NCBI RefSeq assembly: GCF_035084215.1
Contig: NC_090366.1
Span: 13,826,001 to 13,890,000 of the forward strand
Origin: Heptranchias perlo
Taxonomy: Eukaryota
Direction: 5' to 3'
DNA: 64,000 bases
The notes beneath the pieces were generated by a model. It worked only from the letters and a program-made list of their open reading frames with translations, searched no databases and had not been told where the DNA came from. The first letter of the stretch is position 1. Each line of letters begins with the position of its first letter. The position numbers were made by a program, and so were the translations under genes. Positions 12,480 to 25,239 of this stretch are shown here, piece by piece.

Positions 12480-14270
12480 CGTCTGGCATGGCTCAGTGGG
12501 TAGCTCTCTCTCTCTCTCTCTCTCTCTTGCCTCTCGGAGACAGAGGGTCGTTGGTTCGAGCCCCCACTCCAGAGACCTGAGCCCCATAATCCAGGTCAAT
12601 ATTCCCCAATGCCAGTACTGAGGGAGCGCTGCACTGTCGGAGGGTCAGTACTGAGGGAGCGCCGCACTGTCGGAGGGTCAGTACTGAGGGAGCGCTGCAC
12701 AGTCAGAGGGTCAGTACTGAGGGAGCGCTGCACTGTCGGAGGGTCAGTACTGAGGGAGCGCTGCACTGTCGGAGGGTCAGTACTGAGGGAGCGCTGCACT
12801 GTCGGAGGGTCAGTACTGAGGGAGCGCTGCACTGTTGGAGGGTCAGTACTGAGGGAGCGCTGCACTGTCGGAGGGTCAGTACTGAGGGAGCACTGCACTG
12901 TCGGAGGGTCAGTACTGAGGGAGCGCTGCACTGTCGGAGGGTCAGTACTGAGGGAGCACTGCACTGTCGGAGGGTCAGTACTGAGGGTGCGCTGCACTGT
13001 CGGAGGGTCAGTACTGAGGGAGCGCTGCACTGTCGGAGGGTCAGTACTGAGGGAGCGCTGCACTGTCGGAGGGTCAGTACTGAGGGAGCGCCGCACTGTC
13101 GGAGGGTCAGTACTGAGGGAGCACTGCACTGTCGGAGGGTCAGTACTGAGGGTGCGCTGCACTGTCGGAGAGTCAGTACTGAGGGAGCGCTGCACTGTTG
13201 GAGGGTCAGTACTGAGGGAGCGCTGCACTGTCGGAGGGTCAGTACTGAGGGAGCGCCGCACTGTCGGATGGTCAGTACTGAGGGAGCGCTGCACTGTCGG
13301 AGGGTCAGTACTGAGGGAGCGCTGCACTGTCGGAGGATCAGTACTGAGGGAGCGCTGCACTGTCGGAGGGTCAGTACTGAGGGAGCGCCGCACTGTCGGA
13401 GGGTCAGTACTGAGGGAGCGCTGTACTGTCGGAGGGTCAGTACTGAGGGAGCGCTGCACTGTCGGAGGGTCAGTACTGAGGGAGCGCTGCACTGTCGGAG
13501 GGTCAGTACTGAGGGAGCGCTGCACTGTCGGAGGATCAGTACTGAGGGAGCGCCGCACTGTCGGAGGGTCAGTACTGAGGGAGCACTGCACTGTCGGAGG
13601 GTCAGTACTGAGGGAGCGCTGCACTGTCGGAGGGTCAGTACTGAGGGAGCGCTGCACTGTCGGAGGGTCAGTACTGAGGGAGCGCCGCACTGTCGGAGGG
13701 TCAGTACTGAGGGAGCGCTGTACTGTCGGAGGGTCAGTACTGAGGGAGCGCTGCACTGTCGGAGGGTCAGTACTGAGGGAGCGCTGCACTGTCGGAGGGT
13801 CAGTACTGAGGGAGCGCTGCACTGTCGGAGGATCAGTACTGAGGGAGCGCCGCACTGTCGGAGGGTCGGTACTGAGGGAGCGCCGCACTGTCGGAGGTGC
13901 CGTCTTTCGGATGAGACGTTAAACCGAGGGCCCCGTCTGCCCTCTCGGGTGGATGTAAAAGATCCCACGGCCACTATTTCGAAGAAGAGCAGGGGGAGTT
14001 CTCCCAGGTGTCGTGGGGCCGATATTTATCCCTCAACCAAAATCACTCAAACAGATGATCATAGAAGGAGGCCATTCGGCCCATTGTGCCTGTGCCAGCT
14101 CTTACAAAGAGCTACCCACTCAGTCCCACTCTCTTGCTCTTTCCCCATAGCCCTCCATATTCCTGCTTTTCAAGTATATAGCCAATTATAATCCAGGTCA
14201 TTCATTTTGTTGCTGTTTGTGGGACCTTCCTGTGAGCAAATTGGCTGCCACATTTCCTACATTGCAAGAG
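12480..14270 (+). mobile_element. DeuSINE with internal 33-bp unit expanded to ~39 copies (12612-13897)
   Basis: SINE head 12480-12610, tandem agtactgagggagcgctgcactgtcggagggtc, then core and tail; short CR1 3'UTR piece at ~14060-14185. Confidence 0.9.
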
Positions 14271-14787
14271 TCGTTCTATTGATTTTGTTATCCTCCGATG
14301 AAACACTCTAGAGGGACCGTCGATAAAAGCAGCTTGTTATTACCACACCCATTTGAGTGTTGACGCGGGCACAGAGGGCAACAAGATGGGGACTTGTTTT
14401 TATTTTCGGTGTCCATTTGACATGTTGGGACGAGGACATTTGCTGCCCATCATTAAGTGCCCTGAAAAGCTTCGTTTTGGCCACAATCGTCCTTCTGGGG
14501 CTGGCACTGGCAAGGTGGGGCAAGGGGGAAACAGCAAGACTGGAGAGTAAATGCTCTCCGATAGAACGGCCAGGGGGGCAAGCGAGAGAAAGTTAGCCCA
14601 GCGGACCTCGACCAGATGTTTCCACATCCTTCACGTTTCAGAGAAAATGTTGACTTGAGTTCATTGTTGGCAGAAAAATATTTTCTTTGATCATATATAT
14701 TTATATAAAATTCAGTTCGCAAAAACAGGATGTAACAGGGGAAGTGTAACCGTTGGACTGAGTCGTCAGCTGGTAGAGCTTATGCCC

Positions 14788-15410
14788 TTTGAAGTGTGGT
14801 CACTGTTGTAACGCAGAGAAAGGAGGCAGCCGATTTGTGCACAGCAAGATCCCACAAACAGCAATGAGATAACGAGCGGATCATCTGTTCTTTATCTTCA
14901 GTGATGTTGGTTGAGGGATAAATATCGGCCCCAGGACACCGGGGAGAACTCCCCCCTGCTCTTCTTCGAAATAGTGGCTGTGGGATCTTTTACCTCCACC
15001 TGAGAGGGCAGACGGGGCCTCGGTTTAACATCTCATCCGAAAGACAGCAATTCCGACAGTGCAGCGCTCCCTCAGTACTGACCCTCCAACAGTGCAGCGC
15101 TCCCTCAGTACTGACCCTCCGACAGTGCAGCACTCCCTCAGTACTGACCCTCCGACAGTGCAGCACTCCCTCAGTACTGACCCTCTGACAGTGCAGCGCT
15201 CCCTCAGTACTGACCCTCCGACAGTGCAGCGCTCCCTCAGTACTGACCCTCCGACAGTGCAGCGCTCCCTCAGTACTGACCCTCCGACAGTGCAGCGCTC
15301 GCTCAGTACTGGCACTGGGAATGTCGGCCTGGATTACGGGGCTCAAGTCTCTGGAGTGGGGGCTCGAACCCACGACCTTCTGACTCAGAGGCGAGAGAGA
15401 GAGTGAGAGA
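14788..15410 (-). mobile_element. DeuSINE with ~8 copies of the 33-bp unit
   Basis: Reverse complement of the same SINE. Confidence 0.88.
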
Positions 15411-15624
15411 GACCCACGTCAGACAGCACACATCTCTGTGTCATACTTGAAAACGGAATCAGGAGGCAGATGTAGTCGTTTGGAATGTCACAATATCTGC
15501 AGCCTTTTTCATCTTTCCATGGACTAACCCAACTTAGCAATTAGGCTTCCTACCCTTTAAGGGACACCTGCTCGCAGCTGAATAATACATTGTCCCCATT
15601 TTGGGCTCTTCCTCTCCCACCCTA

Positions 15625-16075
15625 AAAAGGGTTAAATTCCGAGGACAGGTCGCACAGACTGGGCTTGTATTCCCTCGAGTGTAGAAGATTAAGGGGTGAT
15701 CTAATCGAGGGGTTTAAGATGATTAAAGGATTCGATAGGGTCGATAGAGAGAAACTATTTCCTCTGGTGGGGGGAGTCCAGAACAAGGGGGCATAACCCT
15801 AAAATTAGAGCCAGGCCGTTCAGGGGTGATGTCGGGAAGCACTTCCTCACACAAAGGGGGAGTGGGAATCTGGAACTCTCTCCCCCAAAAAGCTGTGGAG
15901 GCTGGGGGTCGATTGGAAATGTCAAAACTGAGCTGGATCGATTTTTGTTGGGTGAGGGGGTTAAGGGTTACAGAACCAAGGCGGGTAGATGGGGTTAAGG
16001 TACAGATCAGCCATGATCTAATTGATTGATGGAACAGGCTCGAGGGGCTGAATGGCCTCCCCCTGTTCCTGTGTC
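15625..16075 (+). mobile_element. CR1 LINE 3' fragment
   Basis: RRLRGDLIE...WNSLP and 3'UTR; similar copy at 40580-41130. Confidence 0.82.
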
Positions 16076-16169
16076 CCACCCATCCCCTTGCCTGAGCACA
16101 GTCTGCACTCCTTGTCCATCATCACTCCCTGTCAAATACCTACAAGGTATCAGCAAAAGCATCATGTGA

Positions 16170-16517
16170 CAACAATAACAACTTGCATTTATATAGTGCC
16201 TTTAACACTGTAAAACCTCCCAAGACGCTTCACTGTAAATCAGACAACATCTGACACCGAGCTTCATGAGGAGATATTAGGACAGGTGACCAAAAGCTCG
16301 GTCAAAGAGGTAGGTTTTAAGGAGCGTCTTAAAGGAGGAGAGAGAGAGGCGGAGAGGTTTAGGGAGGGAATTCCAGAGCTTAGGACCTAGACGGCTGAAG
16401 GCACGGCCGCCAATGGTGGAGCGATGGAAATCGGGGGGATGGACAAGAGGCCAGAATTGGAGGAGCGCAGAGATCTCGGAGGGTCGTAGGGGCTGGAGGA
16501 GGTTACAGAGATAGGGA
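16170..16517 (-). mobile_element. L2 LINE 3' end
   Basis: Reverse complement of the 415-855 family including the aaaggcactatataaatgcaag tail. Confidence 0.82.
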
Positions 16518-16710
16518 GATATGATTCTCTCTTATCGGCAATAGAAGGTTTGGCTGAAGGTACTGATTGGCCATTGAATGGCCTCCTCCTGTCCGCAATC
16601 TTACCAGGTGGCAGGTAATGGGGCAAACACATTGACAAATTGAAAAGGAACGATTACACGAATGTGATTGCCTCTAATATTTCAGTCTGGCTCTTTTACA
16701 TACTGCCTGT

Positions 16711-16840
16711 CCACCAATGAAAGTAACTTCCTCTTTCAGATGGAAACAGATATTTGTATTAATCTGTTGCCCTTCCTCACACGCCCCTCCCAGTTAAGAA
16801 CTGCTGCTCAGAAGTTGGAGAGACTTTGCCAGAGAACAAG
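16711..16840 (+). promoter_or_regulatory. Candidate promoter and non-coding first exon (possibly of the Siglec-like gene)
   Basis: CCAAT 16714-16718, PU.1-type site (AAAGAGGAAGT on - strand, 16726-16736), CACGCCCCTCCC SP/KLF-like box ~16779-16790, donor CAAG|gtgact at 16840/16841, all in unique sequence. Confidence 0.4.
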
Positions 16841-16974
16841 GTGACTCTAGATATACTTCTGCTTGCTTGATATCGTCTGAGGCATTTGGCTGAGGTGTGC
16901 CACTGTTTCACAGCGGTGAAGATAGTTTCATTGCTCGGGTCCCGAGGTAGGATACAAAATGAATCTTATCTTCA

Positions 16975-17360
16975 TTTAATCGAGGGGTTCAAAATCATGA
17001 AGGGGTTTTGATGGAGTAAATGAGGAGAGACTGTTTCCAGTGGCAGGAGGGTCGGTAACCAGAGGACACAGATTTAAGGTGATCGGCAAAAGAACCAGAG
17101 CGGGGAGATGAGGAGAATGTTTTTTACGCGGCGAGTTGTTCTGATCTGGAATGCGCTGCCTGAAAGGGCGGTGGAAGCAGATTCAATAATAACTTTCAAA
17201 AGGGGGAATTGGATAAATACTTGAAGGGGAAAAATTTGCAGGGGCTACGGGGGAAAGAGCAGGGGGGGAGAGTGGGACTAATTGGATAGCCCTTTCAAAG
17301 AGCCGGCACAGGCACGATGGGCCGAACGGCCTCCTTCTGTGCGGTAAGATTCTATGATCT
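16975..17360 (+). mobile_element. CR1 LINE 3' fragment
   Basis: Same family as 4175-4683. Confidence 0.82.
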
Positions 17361-17559
17361 TCTGATCATCCTCTCACTTCACTGTCGCTTTCCAACTTCT
17401 ATCCATTCTTGACTCCCTCTCTCTCTCTCTCCTCTCTCTCTATTTTACCAATGCCACTCTGTTCAGCTCTCCACCGATCTTCAATTTCTCACTCCTCCCA
17501 CTCTGTATGGCGTCCCCGCATTTTGTTTGTATGGATGTCTTGCATGTGTTCAAGCCGTG

Positions 17560-17995
17560 ACACAGTGGGTCTCTCTCTCTCTCTCTCTCTCTCTCGCCTC
17601 TGAGTCGGAAGGCCGTGGGTCCGAGCCCCCACTCCAGAGATTTGAGCCCCACAGTCCTGGCCGACACTCCCCCGGTGCCCAGTACTGAGGGAGCGCTGCA
17701 CTGTCGGAGGTGCCACCTTTCGGATGAGACGTTAAACCGAGGCCCCCGTCCGCCCGTCTCAGGCGGGACGTAAAAGATTCCACAGCCGCTACATGGGGGG
17801 GAGTTCTCCCCGGTGTCCTGGGGCCGATATTTATCCCTCAATCAACATCATCAATAATAGATGACTGGTCATTATCTCATTGCTATTTATGGGAGTTGAC
17901 GTGTTTCTTACATTACAAGAGTGACCACACTTCAAAAGTGGCTTTAAACCACGTTGGGACATCCTGAGGTCATGAAAGGCCTCGTATATATGCGA
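17560..17995 (+). mobile_element. DeuSINE, single 33-bp unit
   Basis: Head with (ct)n, core and L2-like tail. Confidence 0.85.
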
Positions 17996-18137
17996 GGATG
18001 ACGTAAACAGGCTTGTAGAGTAGTAGGAGAAATAAGTAGGCCCTTTATTCCTTGTAAGGTACGAAACTAAATGAGGTAGAAATCCCTCCAATGCCTCGCC
18101 CCCTCCCAATCTCTGCAACCTCCACCAGCCCCACAAG

Positions 18138-20757
18138 AGGAGCAGAGGGATCTGGGGGTCCAGATACACAAATCATTAAAAGTAGCGATGCAGGTTAATA
18201 AGGCCGTAAAAAAAGGCAATCCAAGCACTGGGGTTCATTTCTAGCGGGATAGAATTGAAAAGCAGACAAGTTATGTTCAACTTGTATCGAACCTTGGTTG
18301 GACCACACTTGGAACTCTGTGCACAGTTCTGCTCTCCATATACCTTGGTTAGACCACACTTGGAGCACTGTGCACAGTTCTGCTCTCCATCTACCTTGGT
18401 TAGACCACACTTGGAGCACTGTGCACAGTTCTGCTCTCCATACACCTTGGTTAGACCACACTTGGAGCACTGTGCACAGTTCTGCTCTCCATATACCTTG
18501 GTTCATAGAATCATAGAAGTTACAACATGGAAACAGGCCCTTCGGCCCAACATGTCCATGTCGCCCAGTTTATACCACTAAGCTAGTCCCAATTGCCTGC
18601 ACTTGGCCCATATCCCTCTATACCCATCTTACCCATGTAACTGTCCAAATGCTTTTTAAAAGACAAAATTGTACCCGCCTCTACTACTGCCTCTGGCAGC
18701 TTGTTCCAGACACTCACCACCCTTTGAGTGAAAAAATTGCCCCTCTGGACCCTTTTGTATCTCTCCCCTCTCACCTTAAATCTATGTCCCCTCCTTATAG
18801 ACTCCCCTACCTTTGGGAAAAGATTTTGACTGTCTACCTTATCTATGCCCCTCATTATTTTATAGACTTCTATAAGATCACCCCTTAACCTCCTACTCTC
18901 CAGGGAAAAAAGTCCCAGTCTATCTAACCTCTCCCTATAAGTCAAACCATCAAGTCCCGGTAGCATCCTAGTAAATCTTTTCTGCACTCTTTCTAGTTTA
19001 ATAATATCCTTTCTATAACAGGGTGACCAGAACTGTACACAGTATTCCAAGTGCGGCCTTACTAATGTCTTGTACAACTTCAACAAGACATCCCAACTCC
19101 TGTATTTAATGTTCTGACCAATGAAACCAAGCATGCGGAATGCCTTCTTCACCACCCTATCCACCTGTGACTCCACTTTCAAGGAGCTATGAACCTGTAC
19201 TCCTAGATCTCTTTGTTCTATAACTCTCCCCAACGCCCTACCATTAACGGAGTAGGTCCTGGCCCGATTCGATCTACCAAAATGCATCACCTCACATTTA
19301 TCTAAATTAAACTCCATCTGCCATTCATCGGCCCACTGGCCCAATTTATCAAGGTCCCGCTGCAATCCTAGATAACCTTCTTCACTGTCCACGATGCCAC
19401 CAATCTTGGTGTCATCTGCAAACTTACTAACCATGCCTCCTAAATTCTCATCCAAATCATTAATATAAATAACAAATAACAGCAGACCCAGCACTGATCC
19501 CTGAGGCACACCGCTGGACACAGGCCTCCAGTTTGAAAAACAACCCTCTACAACCACCCTCTGTCTTCTGTCGTCAATCCAATTTTGTATCCAATTGGCT
19601 ACCTCACCTTGGATCCCGTGAGATTTAACCTTATGTAACAACCTACCATGCGGTACCTTGTCAAAGGCTTTGCTGAAGTCCATGTAGACCACGTCTACTG
19701 CACAGCCCGCATCTATCTTCTTGGTTACCCCTTCAAAAAACTCAATCAAATTCCAGGGGACCACACCTGGAGCACTGTGCACAGTTCTGGTCTCCATATA
19801 CCTTGGTTAGACCACACTTGGAGCACTGTGCACAGTTCTGGTCTCCATATACCTTGGTTAGACCACACTTGGAGCACTGTGCACAGTTCTGCTCTCCATA
19901 TACCTTGGTTAGACCACACTTGGAGCATCGTGCACAGTTCTGGTCTCCATATACCTTGGTTAGACCACACTTGGAGCACTGTGCACAGTTCTGCTCTCCA
20001 TATACCTTGGTTAGACCACACTTGGAGCACTGTGCACAGTTCTGCTCTCCATATACCTTGGTTAGACCACACTTGGAGCACTGTGCACAGTTCTGCTCTC
20101 CATATACCTTGGTTAGACCACACTTGGAGCACTGTGCACAGTTCTGCTCTCCATATACCTTGGTTAGACCACACTTGGAGCACTGTGCACAGTTCTGCTC
20201 TCCATATACCTTGGTTAGACCACACTTGGAGCACTGTGCACAGTTCTGGTCTCCATATTATAAAAAGGATATAGAGGCACTGGAGAAGGTGCAAAAAAGA
20301 TTCACAAGGATGATACCAGAACTGATAGGTTATAAACTATCAGGAAAGGCTGAACAGGCTGGGGCTCTTTTCTCAAGAAAAGAGAAGGCTGAGGGGTGAC
20401 CTGATCGAGGTCTTTAAAATTATGAAAGGTTTCGATAGGGTAGACGTAGAGAAGATGTTTCCACTTGTGGGGGAGACCAGAACTAGGGAGCCATAAATAT
20501 AAGATAGTCACTAATAAATCCAATCGGGAATTCAGGAGAAACTTCTTTACCCAGAGAGTGGTGAGAATGTGGAACTCGCTCCCACAAGGAGTAGTTGAGG
20601 TGAATAGTGTAGATGGATTTAAGGGGAAGCTGGATAAACACATGAGGGAGAAAGGAATAGAAGGATATGGTGATAGGGTGAGATGAAGTCGGGAGGGAGG
20701 AGGCTCGTGTGGAGCATAAACACCGGGATAGACCAGTTGGGCCGAATGGCCCGTTGC
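18138..20757 (+). mobile_element. CR1 3' fragment with internal 51-bp tandem expansion ([17 protein letters not shown])n, interrupted by a nested CR1
   Basis: Array at 18290-18502 continues at 19758-20257; CR1 3' end to ~20757. Confidence 0.88.
18503..19753 (-). mobile_element. Nested, 5'-truncated CR1 with uninterrupted RT C-terminal ORF
   Basis: ORF 18583-19797: YMDFSKAFDKVPH, GVPQGSVLG, KFADDTK, RDLGV; tail (ctatgatt)n at 18503. Confidence 0.93.
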
Positions 20758-20782
20758 TGTGATGTAGTTTCAATGCAACTCG

Positions 20783-21040
20783 ATGTAACCCTCCAAGATC
20801 TCTGCGCTCTTCCAATTCTGGCCTCTCGCCCATCCCCCGATTTCCATTGCTCCACCATTGGCGGCCGTGCCTTCAGCTGCCTGGGCCCTAAGCTCTGGAA
20901 TTCCCTCCCTAAACCTCTCCGCCTCTCTCTCTCCTCCTTTAAGACGCTCCTGAAAACCTACCTCTTTGACCAAGCTTTTGGTCACCTGCCCTAATATCTC
21001 TTTCTTTGTCTCAGTGTCAAATATTATCCGATTTACGCTC
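20783..21040 (+). mobile_element. L2 LINE 3' fragment
   Basis: GGRAFSCLGPKLWNSLP...FKTLLKTYLF. Confidence 0.82.
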
Positions 21041-21389
21041 AGTTTAGATCCACACAGATAGGGCGGACACTTGTGTCAGGCCCAAGGTGGCCAGTAACCC
21101 TGGAAACACACCCCAAGCTCCAGCCACAGGTTTCAGGATAGGAAGTGGGAAGTTTGAAAATGGGAGCGTGTGTCTATTTAAGTAGTTGCTGTTTTGAAAA
21201 AAGAAAACCTTCTCGCTAATAGTTTTTCCTGTCAACCCACTTTAATCAAAGCCTGATTTTAACCCAGGCCTAGCTCTGCGAGCAGTTTACCTGTGCATCA
21301 GTGTGCGGTTTACCAGTTGTCAGTGTTGCTGTTTCAGTGAGTGGACCCACACACTTCCTGTTTACTATCAGTCTTGGTGGTCTTTCTTA

Positions 21390-22400
21390 ATGCTGCACAA
21401 TGCTAGTGCGCTATACTGCTGCACAATGCTAGTGCATTCTACTGCTGCACAATGCTAGTGCACTATAGTGCTGCACAACGCTAGTGCACTCTACTGCTGC
21501 ACAATGCTAGTGCATTCTACTGCTGCACAATGCTAGTGCACTATACTGCTGCACAATGCTAGTGCACTATAGTGCTGCACAATGCTAGTGCATTCTACTG
21601 CTGCACAATGCTAGTGCACTATACTGCTGCACAATGCTAGTGCACTATATTGCTGCACAATGCTAGTGCACCATAGTGCTGCACAATGCTAGGGCACTCT
21701 ACTGCTGCACAATGCTAGTGCATTCTACTGCTGCACAATGCTAGTGCACTATGCTGCTGCACAATGCTAGTGCGCTATACTACTGCACAATGCTAGTGCG
21801 CTATACTGCTGCACAATGCTAGTGCATTCTACTGCTGCACAATGCTAGTGCGCTATACTGGTGCACAATGCTAGTGCATTCCACTGCTGCACAATGCTAG
21901 TGCACTATACTGCTGCACAATGCTAGTGCACTATAGTGCTGCACAATGCTAGTGCATTCTACTGCTGCACAATGCTAGTGCACTATAGTGCTGCACAATG
22001 CTAGGGCACTCTACTGCTTCACAATACTAGTGCACTATACTGCATCAGAATACTAGTGCACGATACTGCATTGCAATATTAGTGCACTATACTGCATTGA
22101 AATACTAGTGCATTATAGTGCTGCACAATACTAGGGCACTCTACTGCCTCACAATATTAGTGAACTCTATTGCCTCACAATACTAGTGCACTATACTGCA
22201 TCACAATACCAGTGTGCTATACTGCCTCATAATACTAGTGCACTATACTGCCTCACAATACTAGTGCACTATACTGCCTCATAATACTAGTGCACTATAC
22301 TGCCTCACAATACTAGTGCACTATACTGCCTCACAATACTAGTGCACTATACTGCCTCACAATACTAGTGCACTATACTGCATCACAATACTAGTGCACT
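21390..22400. repeat. 26-bp minisatellite (actgctgcacaatgctagtgcactat), ~39 copies
   Basis: Tandem units containing the 10-bp palindrome tagtgcacta. Confidence 0.93.
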
Positions 22401-22856
22401 TTATTGATGTAAATGCAACAACCAGAAGGCAGAAATATTTTCTCTGATGCGACTGGCACAGTTAAGACACCCTAACGACGGTAGGACCCCCGTAGGGTAC
22501 AAAGGTGCCACGTTTGACAGAACATTCCAGAAACCAGAGTGAATGCAGCCAGAATTAGTGAACGGTCGAGACGCGAGTGTAAAGTGAAATTGAAAGGTTG
22601 GCGTGGAGCGAGTGTTTCGGGTGTTCCTCTTTCACCAAAGCTTCCCCTGCGTCTCCAGAACATCGTCTCTGTGGTTGGATTATTGAGTCAGACCAAAAGC
22701 CTGTCCCGAGTTTAACATCACCACTTCATTTCTGTTTGTTTCCAAAATTAAATCTTATCTTGCAGCTGCACTAACACAGTGGGTGGATGTGCCCCAGTAG
22801 AGCTTCCTGTACAGGCACAGAGAGATACAGATCTACAGGTTCATCACCTCTTCGAA

Positions 22857-23870
22857 TCTGCTCCCCGTCTCTCTCCCTCTCCCGCTCCCCTTCTCTCTCC
22901 TTCTCCCTCATTCTCTCTTGCTCCCCATCTCTCTCCCTCTCCTGTTCCTCGTCTCTCCTGCTCGCTCTCCCCTGCTCCCCATCTCTCCCTCTCTCTCTCC
23001 CGCTCCCCTTCTCTCTCCTTCTCCCTCATTCTCTCCTGCTCCCCATCTCTCTCCCTCTCCTGTTCCTCGTCTCACCTGCTCGCTCTCCCCTGCTCCCCAT
23101 CTCTCCCTCTCTCTCTCCTGCTCCCCTTCTCTCTCCCTCTCTCCCTCTCCTGCTCCCTGTCTTTCTCTCTCTCTCTCTCTCTCCTGTTCCCCATGTCTCT
23201 CTCTCTCCTGCTCCCCTTCTCTCTTTCTCTCTCACCTGCTCCCCGTCTCTCTCTCTCCTTCTCTCCCTTTCTCCTATGGCCCATCTCTCCCTCTCTTTCT
23301 CTCTCTCTCTCTCCTGCTCCCCATGTCTCCCTCTCTCTCCCCATGTCTCCCTCTCTCTCTCTCTCCTGCTCCCCTTCTCTCTCCCTCTCTCTCTCTCCTG
23401 CTTCCCGTCTCTCTCCCTCTCTCTCTCTCCTGCTCCCCTTCTCTCTTTCTTTCTCACCTGCTCCCCGTCTCCCTCTCTCCTTCTCTTTCTCCTATGGCCC
23501 ATCTCTCCCTCTCTTTCGCTCTCTCTCTCCTGCTCCCCATGTCTCCCTCTCTCTCCCCATGTCTCCCTCTCTCTCTCTCTCTCTCTCTCCTGCTCCCCAT
23601 CTCTCCCTCTTTCTCTCTCCCGCTCCCCATCTCTCCCTCTTTCTCTCTCCTGCTCCCCATCTCTCCCTCTTTCTCTCTCCTGCTCCCCATCTCTCCCTCT
23701 CTCTCTCCTGCTCCCCATCTCTCCCTCTCTCTCTCTCCTGCTTACCCCTTCCCTCTCTCTTTTGCTCCCCTTCTCCCTTTCTCAGGCTCCCCTTCTCCTT
23801 CTCTCCCGCTCCTGCTTCTCTCTCTCCTGGTCCCCCTTCTCTCTCTCTTGCTCGCCTCGTCCCTCTCTGT
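22857..23870. repeat. CT-rich low-complexity tract
   Basis: (ct)n interspersed with ctgctcccc. Confidence 0.92.
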
Positions 23871-24269
23871 AATTTTTGAACACTTTCTCCTTTCACAATT
23901 CGCCAGCTGAGATTTATAAAGGATTCTGCAGTAACTTCCTAGTCTTTTGCACTCTATGCCTCCATTAATAAAGCCCAGGATCCTGAATGCCTTTATTAAC
24001 AGCCTTCTCAACTGGTCCCACCACCTTCAAAGATTCGTGTATTTCTTCCCCAAGACGGACCCAGTTGTGATCAAAGCACTCGGCACAGTCTGGACGTAGA
24101 ACACGGCTTCTCAGCAGCCAAATTTTAACATTTTATTCTTCCTCTGGTGAGCAGGGACTCCACTTGTCGAAACCTCAAAGCTTCCAATTGGCTTCATTCT
24201 TCAATTGAGGAAACTGAAAGATGTGTCAAAACTTAAGAGCGTGGAACACGGCCAAGATTGAAAAGAACA

Positions 24270-24985
24270 AACTTACATTTCTATCGGCCCTTTCACCACC
24301 TCAGGACGTCCCAAAGCACTTTACAGCCAATGGAACACCTTACAAGTGTAACCACTCTTGGAATGTGAGAAACGCGGCAGTCGATTTGCGCACAGCAAGA
24401 TCCCACAAACAGCACTGTGATAATGACCAGATCATCGGTTTTTAGTGATGTTGGTTGAGGGATAAATATTGGGCACCGGGGAGAACTCCCCCCTGCTCTT
24501 CTTCCAATAGTGGCCGTGGGATCTTTTATCTCCACCTGAGAGGGGCAGACGGGGGCCTCGGTTTAGCCTTTGATCTCATTCGAAAGGCGGCCCCTCCGAC
24601 AGTGCAGCACTCCCTCAGTACTGACCCTCCGACAGTGCGGCGCTCCCTCAGTACTGACCCTCCGACAGTGCGGCGCTCCCTCAGTACTGACCCTCCGACA
24701 GTGCGGCGTTCCCTCAGTACTGACCCTCCGACAGTGCGGCGTTCCCTCAGTACTGACCCTCCGACAGTGCAGCGTTCCCTCAGTACTGACCCTCCGACAG
24801 TGCGGCACTCCCTCAGTACTGACCCTCCGACAGTGCGGCGTTCCCTCAGTACTGACCCTCCGACAGTGCGGCGTTCCCTCAGTACTGACCCTCCGACAGT
24901 GCAGCGTTCCCTCAGTACTGACCCTCCGACAGTGCAGCACTCCCTCAGTACTGGGGCTCAAATCTCTGGAGTGGGGGCTCGAACG
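24270..24985 (-). mobile_element. DeuSINE with ~11 copies of the 33-bp unit
   Basis: Reverse complement of the SINE; array 24590-24952. Confidence 0.88.
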
Positions 24986-25239
24986 AGACAAGATGACTCG
25001 AATTAAGTGATTCAGTCACAGGCTTTATTTAAAAGCCTTAAGGCCGTAGGAGGAAGGGGAGTCTAAGGGAGGTGAAAAGATCGATAGCTTTGGGGTCCAG
25101 GCTAAGATTGACCGAGCTGGAAATGGGATGATGAGTCTTTGTTTCAATCCAGTGAGGATGGAGGGAGGAGGTTGAGTGTGTCGGACGAGGGAAATTGGAG
25201 TTTAGGAGGAACAAGAGATGGAAATTCAGAGGGGCCTGA

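Noticed and set aside
12596-13974. Long ORFs of 270-460 aa on both strands (also 43881-45275 and 53077-54029)
   Set aside because: Translations of the stop-free 33-bp SINE unit; no gene structure.
22779-23910. Leu/Ser/Pro-rich and Arg/Glu-rich ORFs
   Set aside because: CT-rich low-complexity tract.
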